Source: an uncultured Clostridia bacterium (GTDB taxonomy: Bacteria > Bacillota > Clostridia > Christensenellales > CAG-138). Taken from it: 64,000 bases of DNA. The DNA is taken from assembly GCA_946631895.1 (NCBI GenBank), contig CAMPAN010000001.1:50436-114435 (forward strand), read 5' to 3'. A program made the position numbers and the translations under genes. Under the pieces are notes generated by a model, which was not told the DNA's origin, did not search any database, and was given only the letters and a program-made list of their open reading frames with translations. This document shows, in pieces, positions 8,389 through 18,601 of the stretch (position 1 is its first letter; the number at the start of each line of letters is the position of its first letter).

Positions 8389-10176
8389 ATGGAAGAAAGA
8401 AAGATTCACGGTAATACCGCGGGAATCCGCGACGTCATACTGGACGAAATGCAGACGCTCTACGATGAAACGCAGCCGAGCGGCGTGTTTGCGTCATCCT
8501 CTCTTTTGGAGAAACTTGCCGATTATACCGGACGAATCGGTCGTGAGATATCTGTGTATCTGTCGCGCAGCGGCGCGGTTCGTGACGTTTCGGTCGGCGA
8601 TGCGACGACGGTATCCATGCCTGATATGCGACTTGTCCGCAATGCGGACCGCCTTGCGGGCGTCCGATGCATCCATACGCATCCGAACGGCAGCGGTTAT
8701 CTTTCCGATGTCGATCTCGGCACACTCAATTCCATGCGACTGGACGCAATGGCGGCGGTCGGCGTTCGGGACGGAAAACCGACTTCGGTATACGTGGCAT
8801 TTGTCGGCGAGATGGAAGGCGAGGAACGCAAACCGCTGATTTACGGTCCGATGCGTGCGGACCGCTTACCGCAGGATGCGCTTCTGGAAGCGCTGATCGA
8901 AGCGGACAACCGCTTGAAAGCACCGGCATATGCCGTAACGCAGGCAGAGCCGGAACGCGCGGTTCTCGTCGGGATCGACAATGACGACGGATACGACACG
9001 CTTGAAGAATTGCGTGCGCTTGCGGACACGGCAGGCGTCAATGTCGTGCATATCGAGCGGCAGCGCAAGCGCCCGGTCGATAACGGAACCTATGTCGGTT
9101 CCGGAAAAGCGGACGAGCTTCGACTGATTGGCAGTGCGACGGAAGCTGACGTGTTTATTTTCGACGACGAACTGACGGCGATTCAGATCCGGAATCTTGA
9201 AAGCATTCTGGGAACGCCGGTTATCGACCGGACCATGCTGATTCTCGATATCTTTGCAACCCGTGCCACCACGCGGGAGGGCAAATTGCAAGTTGAGCTG
9301 AGTCAGCTGAAATACCGCCTGCCGCGCCTTTTGGGCGTCGGCGTGGCAATGTCGCGGCAGGGCGCTTCCGGCGTCGGCATGCGCGGTCCCGGAGAGAAAA
9401 AACTTGAGATCGACCGTCGCCGCATCCGAAGAAGGATCTATGAACTGGAACAGGAACTGAAAGAAGTCGAAAAGCAGCGGGGGATCCGGCGTTCGGTACG
9501 AAAAAAGAGCGATACGCCGATCGTCGCGCTGGTCGGCTACACAAATGCGGGAAAAAGCACGCTCTTGAATGCGCTTTCCGACAGCAACGTTCTTGCGGAA
9601 GACAAGCTCTTTGCAACACTTGATCCTGTAGTACGCAGCATCACGCTTCCGAACGGAACGCCCTGTCTCCTGAGTGATACGGTCGGATTTATCAACAAAC
9701 TGCCGCACGACCTTGTACAGGCGTTCCGGTCCACACTGGAAGAGGTGCGCGATGCGGATCTGATCCTGCATGTCGTCGATGCAAACTGTCCGTATTACGA
9801 CGTACAGATGCGCGTCACGGAACAGGTTCTGGAGAATCTCGGAGCAGGGAATACGACCTGTATCGAAGTGTTCAACAAATGCGATCTTCCGGATGCGATC
9901 CCTGGGAAACGCGATTGCGCAGTCGCGATCAGCGCAAAGACCGGAATGGGGATCGACCGCCTTCTCGAACGAATCGAAGCCGAACTGAATCGCACGCAGC
10001 AGAAGGTCGAGCTTGTGATTCCGTACGATCGATACGAAGCCATCCGTGTGCTGCACGAGATCGGAACCGTATTGTCCGAATCGCATGAAGCGGACGGGAC
10101 ACATATATCGGCGATGCTGGAGGAGAGCAAGCTGTACCGCCTGAAAAACGCGCTTGACGGACGTTCCGATCGATAA
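8389..10176 (+). CDS. hflX: GTPase HflX with an N-terminal JAB/MPN-like extension
   Basis: HflX core with G1 GYTNAGKST, G3 DTVGF and G4 NKCD. An extra ~165 aa at the N-terminus contains E53...H96xH98x7S106xxD109. Confidence 0.85.
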   Translation: MEERKIHGNTAGIRDVILDEMQTLYDETQPSGVFASSSLLEKLADYTGRIGREISVYLSRSGAVRDVSVGDATTVSMPDMRLVRNADRLAGVRCIHTHPNGSGYLSDVDLGTLNSMRLDAMAAVGVRDGKPTSVYVAFVGEMEGEERKPLIYGPMRADRLPQDALLEALIEADNRLKAPAYAVTQAEPERAVLVGIDNDDGYDTLEELRALADTAGVNVVHIERQRKRPVDNGTYVGSGKADELRLIGSATEADVFIFDDELTAIQIRNLESILGTPVIDRTMLILDIFATRATTREGKLQVELSQLKYRLPRLLGVGVAMSRQGASGVGMRGPGEKKLEIDRRRIRRRIYELEQELKEVEKQRGIRRSVRKKSDTPIVALVGYTNAGKSTLLNALSDSNVLAEDKLFATLDPVVRSITLPNGTPCLLSDTVGFINKLPHDLVQAFRSTLEEVRDADLILHVVDANCPYYDVQMRVTEQVLENLGAGNTTCIEVFNKCDLPDAIPGKRDCAVAISAKTGMGIDRLLERIEAELNRTQQKVELVIPYDRYEAIRVLHEIGTVLSESHEADGTHISAMLEESKLYRLKNALDGRSDR

Positions 10177-10292
10177 GTCTGCGATTCGACGGAAATATTT
10201 ACATTCGTCTTACATTTATTTTGCGAATGCAGGCGTGACGTGACTTTTCAAAACGTACGGATCGTGGTATACTGTGTTGACAGGAGATTGAA

Positions 10293-12329
10293 ATGAAGCG
10301 ATTATTCACTGTGATACTCGCGGCAGCGCTGCTTTTGACGATGCTGCCGGCCGGCGCAGTTGCCGAAACAACATCATCACATATCATTGAGGCGGACCGC
10401 GTGCTCGTCTATAATCCCCTGCCGTACCGTGAAAAGGAGAATATGCTGTTTTCGGGAACGTTTCCGAAACCGGCGGAAGCCGAACCGACGGAAGGCACTC
10501 CTCTGTTCACCGCAGGTCTGCACAAAACCGGCAAGGACATGTCGATTTCGAAAAAGAATCCGAATACTTATGATTTCTGGGTCTGTACGGATCTTACTAC
10601 CTATCAGTATGATAAACGCACGTTCCGCCTTGCAAAGGAAGGGGAGCATTGCTGCATCTGGGTGCCGGAAAACGATACCGTTTCCTTCACAGATGATCAG
10701 ACGACGGAGATGCTCAACGAATTTGAGAATGTCATTTACCCGAGCAACACTGACCGTTTCGGCGGCTTCCGCGATCTGAATGGCGACGGCAAACTGCATA
10801 TTGTCACGTACGCAATGAACAGCCTGTCCGTCTGCGGGTTCTTTGACTCCTATGATCTGTATTCAAGAGAAGAAATTCAGGAGATCGACCCGGACGATTG
10901 CGAAAGCTATAACTGCCTTCCGATCATCAATGTGAACGCCCGCATGGCAGACCGGAATAAGATCGTATACGGGACGCTTGCGCACGAATTTCAGCATCTG
11001 ATTCTGCGCAGCGCCGTTCTGGCATCTCCTGCAAATGCCGGTCTTCTCGGCAAGGAAGATACGATCGGCGTCTGGCTGAATGAAGGCTTTTCCATGGCGG
11101 CGGAAGAATTTGCATATCCGGGTTCGGTGGCGGAACAAGGTTACCTGGATGCGTTTGAAAAGTCCGGCAAAGTCCGCATCGGAATGAGCTATCAGAACTT
11201 CGATGCGACTTCGAGCGACGTCGGCGCTTACGGGCAATCGTTCCTGTTTTCCGATTATCTGCGTACGCAGGGCGGGGAAGACGTATATAGCGGCGTCCTG
11301 GATTACTGGCGCAGTGCCGAAACGCTCTCGGCATTGACGGAGGGGAGCGCCATCCGTTCGCAACTGGATGCGGAAACGGTCGTAGCTTTACAGTCGATCT
11401 GCACATATTCCGATACGGTCAACGCGGCGCTCGGAACGGAAGACGAGATCCTTCTTTCTAAGATCGCGCTTGCGTTCCGACTCGCGATCCTTTTGAAGGA
11501 ACAAACCGGTGTTTATTCCATCCGTACGCCCGAAGCGTCGATACCGGAATATACAGGATCCGGCCGCAAGATCGAGGGCGGCGGCGCTCTGCTGCTTTCG
11601 TGCAGCGGATGCTTCGAGGTTCCGGCAGATGCGGACAGCGGACTTCTGTTTGTCGGAATCAAAGACGGATCGATCACGGAATTATATACGGTTCCGGAAC
11701 CGACAGAAGATTTTTACGTGATTGCCGCACAGTTTGAAGGCACGTGGTATGCGATCCCGGCAGAGGCGGCGTCCGACGGAACGCTGAAAGCGCGTACGTT
11801 TACACCGAATGCGGACGGGACGGTCGATTCCGAAAATGCAGCCGGATTGATCTATCGGGCAGAACAGACGGAAAACGGCTTCCGCTTTACCTGCGACGAC
11901 AGGGACGGATTCTATTCGCTGAACCGGTCCGGCACAAACAAACAGACCCTGAACGTATCTGCGGAACCGTGTACATTTACGTGGTTGCACTTTGCCGACG
12001 GAAGCGACAGGCTGCAGGCGGACGGCTATTACGGAAGAGCGATTCTGTACGGCAGCATCCAGGGCGGATTCGGATATTTCCCTTCCGGGTATTTTGAAAA
12101 CACGTCCTTTGCCAAACCGCAGCTGCTCCGCGTCAACATCAAAAAAGGCGATGCAAATCTGGACGGAGTACTGACGGCGGGTGATGCGGCGCTGGTACTG
12201 CGAACGGTTGTTGACTTGTCATACATGAATGCGCCGATGCGCTTTGCCGGCGATATCGACGGCGACGAAGAGATCGCAGCTGCGGATGCGGCGAAGATCC
12301 TGCGCCGTATCGTACAAACTGAGAACTGA
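10293..12329 (+). CDS. Secreted HExxH metalloprotease-like protein (M30/gluzincin-like) with C-terminal type-I dockerin
   Basis: Signal peptide (LLLTMLPAGAVA); TLAHEFQHL ... WLNEGFS zinc-protease motifs; C-terminal duplicated GDANLDGVLTAGDAALVLR / GDIDGDEEIAAADAAKILR dockerin repeats. Confidence 0.7.
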   Translation: MKRLFTVILAAALLLTMLPAGAVAETTSSHIIEADRVLVYNPLPYREKENMLFSGTFPKPAEAEPTEGTPLFTAGLHKTGKDMSISKKNPNTYDFWVCTDLTTYQYDKRTFRLAKEGEHCCIWVPENDTVSFTDDQTTEMLNEFENVIYPSNTDRFGGFRDLNGDGKLHIVTYAMNSLSVCGFFDSYDLYSREEIQEIDPDDCESYNCLPIINVNARMADRNKIVYGTLAHEFQHLILRSAVLASPANAGLLGKEDTIGVWLNEGFSMAAEEFAYPGSVAEQGYLDAFEKSGKVRIGMSYQNFDATSSDVGAYGQSFLFSDYLRTQGGEDVYSGVLDYWRSAETLSALTEGSAIRSQLDAETVVALQSICTYSDTVNAALGTEDEILLSKIALAFRLAILLKEQTGVYSIRTPEASIPEYTGSGRKIEGGGALLLSCSGCFEVPADADSGLLFVGIKDGSITELYTVPEPTEDFYVIAAQFEGTWYAIPAEAASDGTLKARTFTPNADGTVDSENAAGLIYRAEQTENGFRFTCDDRDGFYSLNRSGTNKQTLNVSAEPCTFTWLHFADGSDRLQADGYYGRAILYGSIQGGFGYFPSGYFENTSFAKPQLLRVNIKKGDANLDGVLTAGDAALVLRTVVDLSYMNAPMRFAGDIDGDEEIAAADAAKILRRIVQTEN

Positions 12330-12343
12330 TCGGAGGATCGGAT

Positions 12344-15300
12344 ATGAGATCTAAACTATGGAAAACCATACTGTCCTGCCTGCTTGCGGTCTGCACCGTT
12401 GCGTCGCTTGCTGCATGCGGGACGGCAGATCCCGAAAAATCAACAAAGGGAATCGTAATCAGCGAAGTCGTGTCCAGCAACAAACAGAGTTATCTGCACG
12501 ATGTTTACGGCTCGCCGGACTGGATCGAACTGCACAACGAATCGGATCGACCGATCAATCTGTTCGGCTGGGGCATCACCGATAACGTCAAAAATGCGGA
12601 AAAGGCATTGATGCTGCCGGAGATCACGCTTCCCGCGGACGGATATCTGCTGCTTCTTGCAACCAAAATGGAAAAGACCGATACGTTTACATGGGACGGC
12701 AAGAGCCCGATCTGTCTCGGCTTTTCGCTGAAATCGGCGGGAGAAGAACTCGTTCTGATCAATGCAAATCTGCAATCGGTCGATGAAGTTGCCGTTCCGC
12801 AGCTGAATCGGGATATTTCCTATGCAAGACGTTCAAACGGAACGTTCGGCTACTGCGAAGTGCCGACGCCCGGCAGCGCAAATTCGACGCCGATCATGGA
12901 TACGCAGCCTGCGGCAAAGGAACCGGAAGTTCCGCAACCGCTGACCGGAATCGAGATTTCCGAGGTTTCCTCCAGAAACACGATCCTGACCTGCGAAAGC
13001 TGCCTGAAATGCGATTGGGTTGAGCTGCACAACACAACATATTCCGACATCTCCCTGGACGGATGCACGCTCTGCGACGAACCGAGAGATTTTGACGATG
13101 CGAACCTTTCGGGCGTGCTGCCGGCAAACGGATATCTGGTTGTTTACTGCTGCGAAAAGGACTGCGCGTCCAGGGATCGGCATCTGTGTGTAAACCTCGG
13201 CGTCAGCCGTTACGGCGATACGCTGTATCTGTACGATGCAAACGGGTTTGAACTCGATCGCGTGGACGTCCCGGAAATTCCGTATAAGGATGTCACGTAT
13301 GCGCGCCGCTCCGACGGCCGTTTCGGCTATTGCGAGACGCCGACGCCCGGCGAAGCAAATACCGCGGAAATCACGAATGATCCGCCGTACCGTCCCGAAG
13401 AAAAAAACGAACCGGCGCAGAAAGACAATCAGCAGGACGACGAACCGGTTGATCCGACGCTTCATGCAAAACGACCGTCAGACGTACGCATCAGTGAAGC
13501 GCTCGCAAAGAACGCATACAGCATTGCGGACAGGGAAGGCGAACGCTGCGACTGGGTTGAGCTTGTAAACAAAACGGGAAGCGCAGTTTCGCTTTCCGGA
13601 TGGTATCTATCCGACAATCCGAAAAACTTAGTTAAATGGGCGCTGCCGGATTCTGCAAGAATCGAAGCGAACGGGTACCTTGTGATATTCCTTTCCGGAA
13701 AGACGAATATTACGGATGAACTGCATGCAGGTTTCTCAATCGGCACGGGCGAAACACTCTTCCTGTACAACCAGCAGACCGGAGAACTGGATTGGGTCAC
13801 GATCCCGGATCTTCCAGACAACGTTTCGGTCGGTCTGGACGAGAATAATGAACAGGTCTATTATCGCTATCCGACGCCGGGCAGCCCGAACGGTCACGCT
13901 GAAAAGAACGTGGAGGCAATCGGTTTTTTTCAACCTGACGGCGTATACATCTCCGAGGTATGCGCCATTCACGATCGGGGGAGCAAGGAAAAGGACTGGA
14001 TCGAACTGTACAACGGCGCAGATACCGAAACGAATCTTTCAGGCTGGTATCTGAGCGATTCGCTGAACGAACCGAAGAAATACCGGATCTCATCGTTATC
14101 GCTTGAAGCACACGGCTACGGCGTGATCGAAGCAACGAGCTCCGTCGCGAACCGCAAAGACGGGGACGCGCCGTTCGGAATCAGTCCGAGCGGTGAAATG
14201 CTGTATCTGTCCGATGCGAACGGAGTAATCCGCGATGCGTTTCAGACGGGCGTTCAGCGCAAAGGCATGTCCAGCGGACGCGTAGAGGGCGATAACCATA
14301 CCCGCCGCGTTTTCTTCACCAAAAAGACCAAGGGAGAGGCGAACAGCGAATCCCGCTATCGCGGATATGCGCTGCAGCCGTATTTCTCCGAAACGGCGTT
14401 GTACCCCGGCGGTGCGTTTTCGCTGACGCTGTCCTGTTCCGATCCGAGCGCCGTGATCCGCTATACAACGAACGGCAGCGAACCGACGGAAAAAAGCAAG
14501 CAATATACCGAGCCGATCAGAATCTCCGGCAATACGGTCATTCGAGCAGCGTCGTTCTCCGACGGATTGCTGAAGAGCGAAGTCGTGACGTACCATTATC
14601 TGTTCGATGAACCGCATCAGGTGCCGGTCGTCTGCATGGCGATTGCGCCGGATGATTTCAAGAAGGTTTATAATGTCAGCGTTCATAAGGACGTCGTCGG
14701 GACAGATCGCAAAGCGCAGTTCAATTATTACGAGAGCGACGGAAAAATCGGTGTGAGCTTTCCGGCGGACGTTCGCTGCAAGGGACAGGGAACCCTGAAA
14801 TACAAGCAAAAATCCTTTTCGCTGCATCTGCGCGGGCAGTACGGCATGAGCAAACTCAAATATCCGCTCTTTCCGGATTACCCGTACACGACGTTCGGCG
14901 CGCTTGTACTGCGCAACGGCGGTCAGGAAAACGACCGTGCGCGTCTCGTGGATTCCTTTGTATCGCGCATGAGCATCGGAATGAACGTTGAGGTGGCAAA
15001 CTCCCGCCCGACTGCACTGTACATCAACGGCGAGTATTACGGCCTGTATGAGCTCGGTGAAGATCTGAACGCAGACTTTCTGGAGACGCATTACGGTGCA
15101 GACCAGGACCTGGTCGATCTTGTTCGCTATAACGGCGATGTTGCGACGCAGGGATCGAGCAAGGATTGGGTGGCGCTTCGCGAATACGCAAAGAAAGCGA
15201 AGCTGTCCGATGATGCGGATTACCAATCCTATCTGGAGAAGATCGACGAAGCCTATTTCATCGATTACCTGATCGCAAGGACATACGTCTGCGACAGTGA

Positions 15301-15787
15301 TATGATCAATCAGAAATACTGGCGTGTTCGCGGATCGATCAAGTGGCGTCCGCTGCTGTTCGACCTCGACCTTGCGATGCGGAGCCCGAAACGAAACGAT
15401 GTGTTTGACAAATACTTCTCAAAGGATCCGGTCGTTTCTCCGCACGGATACAAGTCAGTGTTTTATGTGTTTGCCGTTCTGAAATCGAACAAGGGCTTCT
15501 GCGAGAAGTTTGTAGATCGTTATGTGCAGATCCTCTATACACAGTACGACACCGATCGCCTGCTGAATCTGCTGGATCAGATGATTGCCGAATACGAATC
15601 GGAAATGCCGCGTCAGATCAAACGATGGGGGAATCCGAAATCCATGTCGAAGTGGCGGGATCATCTAGACGATGTTCATACGTTTGTCAAAGGACGGCGC
15701 GAGATCATGATCGAAAAGCTCAAGAAATATTTCAAAATATCCGACAGCGATATGAACGCCCTGATTGCGAAGTACAGAAATCCGTGA
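12344..15787 (+). CDS. Lipoprotein with four lamin-tail (LTD) domains, a CHB_HEX_C-like domain and a C-terminal CotH kinase-like domain
   Basis: Lipobox LAACG. Four repeats of the pattern ISEV...DWIELxN....L.GW.LSD. VIRYTTNGSEPT segment. C-terminal CotH-like region (ALYINGEYYGLYEL...). Confidence 0.75.
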   Translation: MRSKLWKTILSCLLAVCTVASLAACGTADPEKSTKGIVISEVVSSNKQSYLHDVYGSPDWIELHNESDRPINLFGWGITDNVKNAEKALMLPEITLPADGYLLLLATKMEKTDTFTWDGKSPICLGFSLKSAGEELVLINANLQSVDEVAVPQLNRDISYARRSNGTFGYCEVPTPGSANSTPIMDTQPAAKEPEVPQPLTGIEISEVSSRNTILTCESCLKCDWVELHNTTYSDISLDGCTLCDEPRDFDDANLSGVLPANGYLVVYCCEKDCASRDRHLCVNLGVSRYGDTLYLYDANGFELDRVDVPEIPYKDVTYARRSDGRFGYCETPTPGEANTAEITNDPPYRPEEKNEPAQKDNQQDDEPVDPTLHAKRPSDVRISEALAKNAYSIADREGERCDWVELVNKTGSAVSLSGWYLSDNPKNLVKWALPDSARIEANGYLVIFLSGKTNITDELHAGFSIGTGETLFLYNQQTGELDWVTIPDLPDNVSVGLDENNEQVYYRYPTPGSPNGHAEKNVEAIGFFQPDGVYISEVCAIHDRGSKEKDWIELYNGADTETNLSGWYLSDSLNEPKKYRISSLSLEAHGYGVIEATSSVANRKDGDAPFGISPSGEMLYLSDANGVIRDAFQTGVQRKGMSSGRVEGDNHTRRVFFTKKTKGEANSESRYRGYALQPYFSETALYPGGAFSLTLSCSDPSAVIRYTTNGSEPTEKSKQYTEPIRISGNTVIRAASFSDGLLKSEVVTYHYLFDEPHQVPVVCMAIAPDDFKKVYNVSVHKDVVGTDRKAQFNYYESDGKIGVSFPADVRCKGQGTLKYKQKSFSLHLRGQYGMSKLKYPLFPDYPYTTFGALVLRNGGQENDRARLVDSFVSRMSIGMNVEVANSRPTALYINGEYYGLYELGEDLNADFLETHYGADQDLVDLVRYNGDVATQGSSKDWVALREYAKKAKLSDDADYQSYLEKIDEAYFIDYLIARTYVCDSDMINQKYWRVRGSIKWRPLLFDLDLAMRSPKRNDVFDKYFSKDPVVSPHGYKSVFYVFAVLKSNKGFCEKFVDRYVQILYTQYDTDRLLNLLDQMIAEYESEMPRQIKRWGNPKSMSKWRDHLDDVHTFVKGRREIMIEKLKKYFKISDSDMNALIAKYRNP

Positions 15788-15824
15788 CCTTTGTGCAGCG
15801 GGAATAAAACAGAAAGGCAGACGC

Positions 15825-16751
15825 ATGAAAACAGAACCATCCGGCACGCCGTGTTCTGCCGAAACCGACAGCATCCTGATCAGCGACGGGATTACCAAAA
15901 AATACAAGGAAACGACGGCGAACAACCAAATCACCGTTGCAATTCCGCGCGGAAAGATCGTCGGATTCGTAGGAGAGAACGGCAGCGGCAAAACAACGTT
16001 TCTGCGGATCATAACCGGTCTGATCTATCCGAATTCGGGAACGTTCCGTTTCAATACGCTGGACGGAAAATGTCGGATCGGCGCTATCGTGGAATCGCCC
16101 GCATACCATCCCGGCATGTCCGCAACAGACAATCTGCGCTTTCAGGCACGGCTGTGCGGCGCGGACGAGAAGGGGATCGACGGGATTTTGAAAATGGTCG
16201 GTCTTGCGGATACCGGAAAGAAAGCGGCGAAGCATTTCTCGCTGGGAATGCGCCAGCGCCTCGGGATCGCGATCGCGCTGCTTTCCGATCCGGAGCTGCT
16301 CATTCTCGACGAACCCACGAACGGACTCGATCCGCAGGGGATCATCGAACTGCGCGAGTTTCTCAAATCACTGTGCGAAAAGCATCGGATAACCTTGCTC
16401 ATCTCTTCGCATATCCTCAGCGAGCTGTCGCTTCTGGCGGAGCATTATCTGTTCATTCACAAAGGCGTCATCTTGAAATCAGTCTCTGCGGACGAACTGT
16501 TTGCCCATTCCGATAAACGTTTGATCTTCAAATGCAGCGGCGATCCGTCCGCATTTCTCGGGGATGCCGTATCCAACGGCTGGGCGGAGGAAACAGAGGT
16601 CGGGGATGACTGCTTTATTCTGCACGGACCGAAAAACTATCCTGCGATTCTGAAAGCGCTGTCCGATCTGGATGTGACGGCGCTCGAAACAAAAGAGGAA
16701 ACGCTGGAGACGCGCTATCTGTCCCTGATGGAGAAGGGGGAACAGCGATGA
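15825..16751 (+). CDS. ABC transporter ATP-binding protein (ABC-2 type)
   Basis: Walker A GENGSGKTT, signature LSLGMRQR, Walker B LLILDEP. The start was trimmed to the ATG at 15825, which follows a GAAAGG SD. Confidence 0.85.
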   Translation: MKTEPSGTPCSAETDSILISDGITKKYKETTANNQITVAIPRGKIVGFVGENGSGKTTFLRIITGLIYPNSGTFRFNTLDGKCRIGAIVESPAYHPGMSATDNLRFQARLCGADEKGIDGILKMVGLADTGKKAAKHFSLGMRQRLGIAIALLSDPELLILDEPTNGLDPQGIIELREFLKSLCEKHRITLLISSHILSELSLLAEHYLFIHKGVILKSVSADELFAHSDKRLIFKCSGDPSAFLGDAVSNGWAEETEVGDDCFILHGPKNYPAILKALSDLDVTALETKEETLETRYLSLMEKGEQR

Positions 16752-17566
16752 AAAGAGTTCTGTCTGCAGATTTCTTCGATCTGCGAAAATCCAGAATGGT
16801 TTATCTTCTGCCGTTGTTTGCGGCTTTGCTGGGCGTTTTGATGCCGATGATGTATTACGGCATCTATGTACTGTTCAAATACATCGGAAGCATGGAAGCG
16901 CTGAAGGATAACGCCTCGATTCAATCTCTGACCGGCATGCTGGACATTCTGAATGCACGTACGGTTTTCTACGGCTCACTGCCGCTGTCGCAGGGATTCG
17001 GACTGATGATGACGGCGATGGTCGGATTTCGCGCGGCGCGTCCGTTCGGAACGGGAACCTATCGGAATAAGGTCATTGCCGGAATCCCGCGCCCCGCAAT
17101 CTATCTGTCACAGTCTCTGATCTGCCTGCTGCTTTCCCTAGTCGGTGCGGTGCTATATACGCTGTCAGCCGCCCTTATCAGCCGATGGACTTTCGGCGCA
17201 TTGGATCTGTCCGGGAAGGAGATCCTGAGCATAGCGGTGTTTTCCTTCGGAATCTATCTTGTGTACACGGCTATTCCGGTGTTCAGCGCGTTCCTTACGC
17301 GCAGCGTACCGCTGACGCTGATCATCTCCATGGTGCTGCCGATTCTGATGCAGACTGTGATCCAGCTCGTCAGTCCCGTGATGATTTCGGCACCGGACGC
17401 GATCCTGTATGTCCTTGCGGTGTTCCCGTCGTTCCAGGGCGTCTATATGACTAACTCGGACCCCGCAACTGCGGTTCTGCTCATAGCGCTTGCCGCAGAT
17501 ATTGTATGGGCCGCGCTGCTGACCGTTATCGGTATTCTTCGATTCAAAAAAGCCGATATGAAATAG
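16748..17566 (+). CDS. ABC-2 family transporter permease
   Basis: ATGA overlap with the ATPase gene; 272 aa with about six hydrophobic segments. Confidence 0.7.
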   Translation: MKRVLSADFFDLRKSRMVYLLPLFAALLGVLMPMMYYGIYVLFKYIGSMEALKDNASIQSLTGMLDILNARTVFYGSLPLSQGFGLMMTAMVGFRAARPFGTGTYRNKVIAGIPRPAIYLSQSLICLLLSLVGAVLYTLSAALISRWTFGALDLSGKEILSIAVFSFGIYLVYTAIPVFSAFLTRSVPLTLIISMVLPILMQTVIQLVSPVMISAPDAILYVLAVFPSFQGVYMTNSDPATAVLLIALAADIVWAALLTVIGILRFKKADMK

Positions 17567-17579
17567 AAACGGGCAGTAT

Positions 17580-17616
17580 AAAGCCCGATCCGGAACAATG
17601 CCGGGTCGGGCTTTTA
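17580..17616. terminator. Bidirectional rho-independent terminator between convergent genes
   Basis: GCCCGATCCGG (17583-17593) pairs with CCGGGTCGGGC (17601-17611), 7-nt loop. A run of A precedes the stem and TTTT follows it. Confidence 0.65.
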
Positions 17617-17631
17617 TACGTGCAAGGGCGA

Positions 17632-17847
17632 TCAGGATTCTTCCGGATCGTATTCGAGCAGATCGCCGGGCTGACAGTGCAGCGCTTCGCAGATTGCGAT
17701 CAGGGTCGAAAAACGGATCGCGCTGATGTGACCGTTCTTCAGCTTGGAAAGGTTGACGTTTGCAACGCCGACCTTGTCGGAAAGCTCCTTGAGACTCATT
17801 TTGCGGTCCGCCATGACGCGGTCAAGTCTTAAAATGATTTTGCCCAT
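17632..17847 (-). CDS. XRE-family HTH transcriptional regulator (YozG-like)
   Basis: 71 aa; LDRVMADRKMSLKELSDKVGVANVNLSKLKNG is the Cro/C1 HTH; second gene after a DUF2975-type membrane protein. Confidence 0.85.
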   Translation of the reverse strand: MGKIILRLDRVMADRKMSLKELSDKVGVANVNLSKLKNGHISAIRFSTLIAICEALHCQPGDLLEYDPEES

Positions 17848-17855
17848 CGTTCACC

Positions 17856-18584
17856 TCAAAGCGTTTCATCGGATTCTTTCTGCAGCTGTGCGCCGTACCG
17901 GAAGATCACGGTCAGGAACAAAACGAGCAGCGCAATCAGGATCGGCGCAAAGCTGAACGAGACCTCCAGACCGGTATTCATATTCGCGGGATTTAAAGAG
18001 AAGGAGAGGTCGATGGAACGCCGGATCATCGCGTTTCCGACCGCTTCCGCAATACTCGACAGAACGGCGCAGCCCATCAGTACCCAGGAGAATACGGTCA
18101 TACGGCGGATCACAATATCCGCAAACGGCGTCTCACAGGAGCGGAACGCATCGCAAAGCCGTTTCAGAAAGATAAACACAACAAGCATCGCTGCACAGTA
18201 GACGAAACCGGAAAACGCTGCCGTTGCAAGCCGCGTCAACCGAAACTCAGAACGCTCCGAAGATGCGTAAAGCGTCAGTCCGCTGTCCGTTTTTTCCATC
18301 GTAATGTCGTTATACTCCGTACCGTTGACGCCGAGCTTTGCATTCAGATCCGTGGGATCGTCGGGAATATCATTCATCCATTTGCCGATCAGGCTCTTGC
18401 CGATGTGGATATCCATCTCGCCTTTGACGCCGATCGTCGTTGCATCTTTCGGCAGGGCAGCGAGCGCAATACCGCCGGAGAGGCATGCAAAGCAAGCGAC
18501 AGACATCAGCACGATCAGTATGATCGTGACGATCTGACCGACAAGGCCCACACGGTTGACTTTTCTTTTGATTGTGTTTTCCAT
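17856..18584 (-). CDS. DUF2975-like membrane protein (YoaS-like partner of the XRE regulator)
   Basis: Four hydrophobic segments. GGAGG SD before the ATG at 18584. The pairing of this membrane protein with a small XRE gene is well known (yoaS/yozG type). Confidence 0.55.
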   Translation of the reverse strand: MENTIKRKVNRVGLVGQIVTIILIVLMSVACFACLSGGIALAALPKDATTIGVKGEMDIHIGKSLIGKWMNDIPDDPTDLNAKLGVNGTEYNDITMEKTDSGLTLYASSERSEFRLTRLATAAFSGFVYCAAMLVVFIFLKRLCDAFRSCETPFADIVIRRMTVFSWVLMGCAVLSSIAEAVGNAMIRRSIDLSFSLNPANMNTGLEVSFSFAPILIALLVLFLTVIFRYGAQLQKESDETL

Positions 18585-18601
18585 AATTATATCCTCCGAT
18601 T

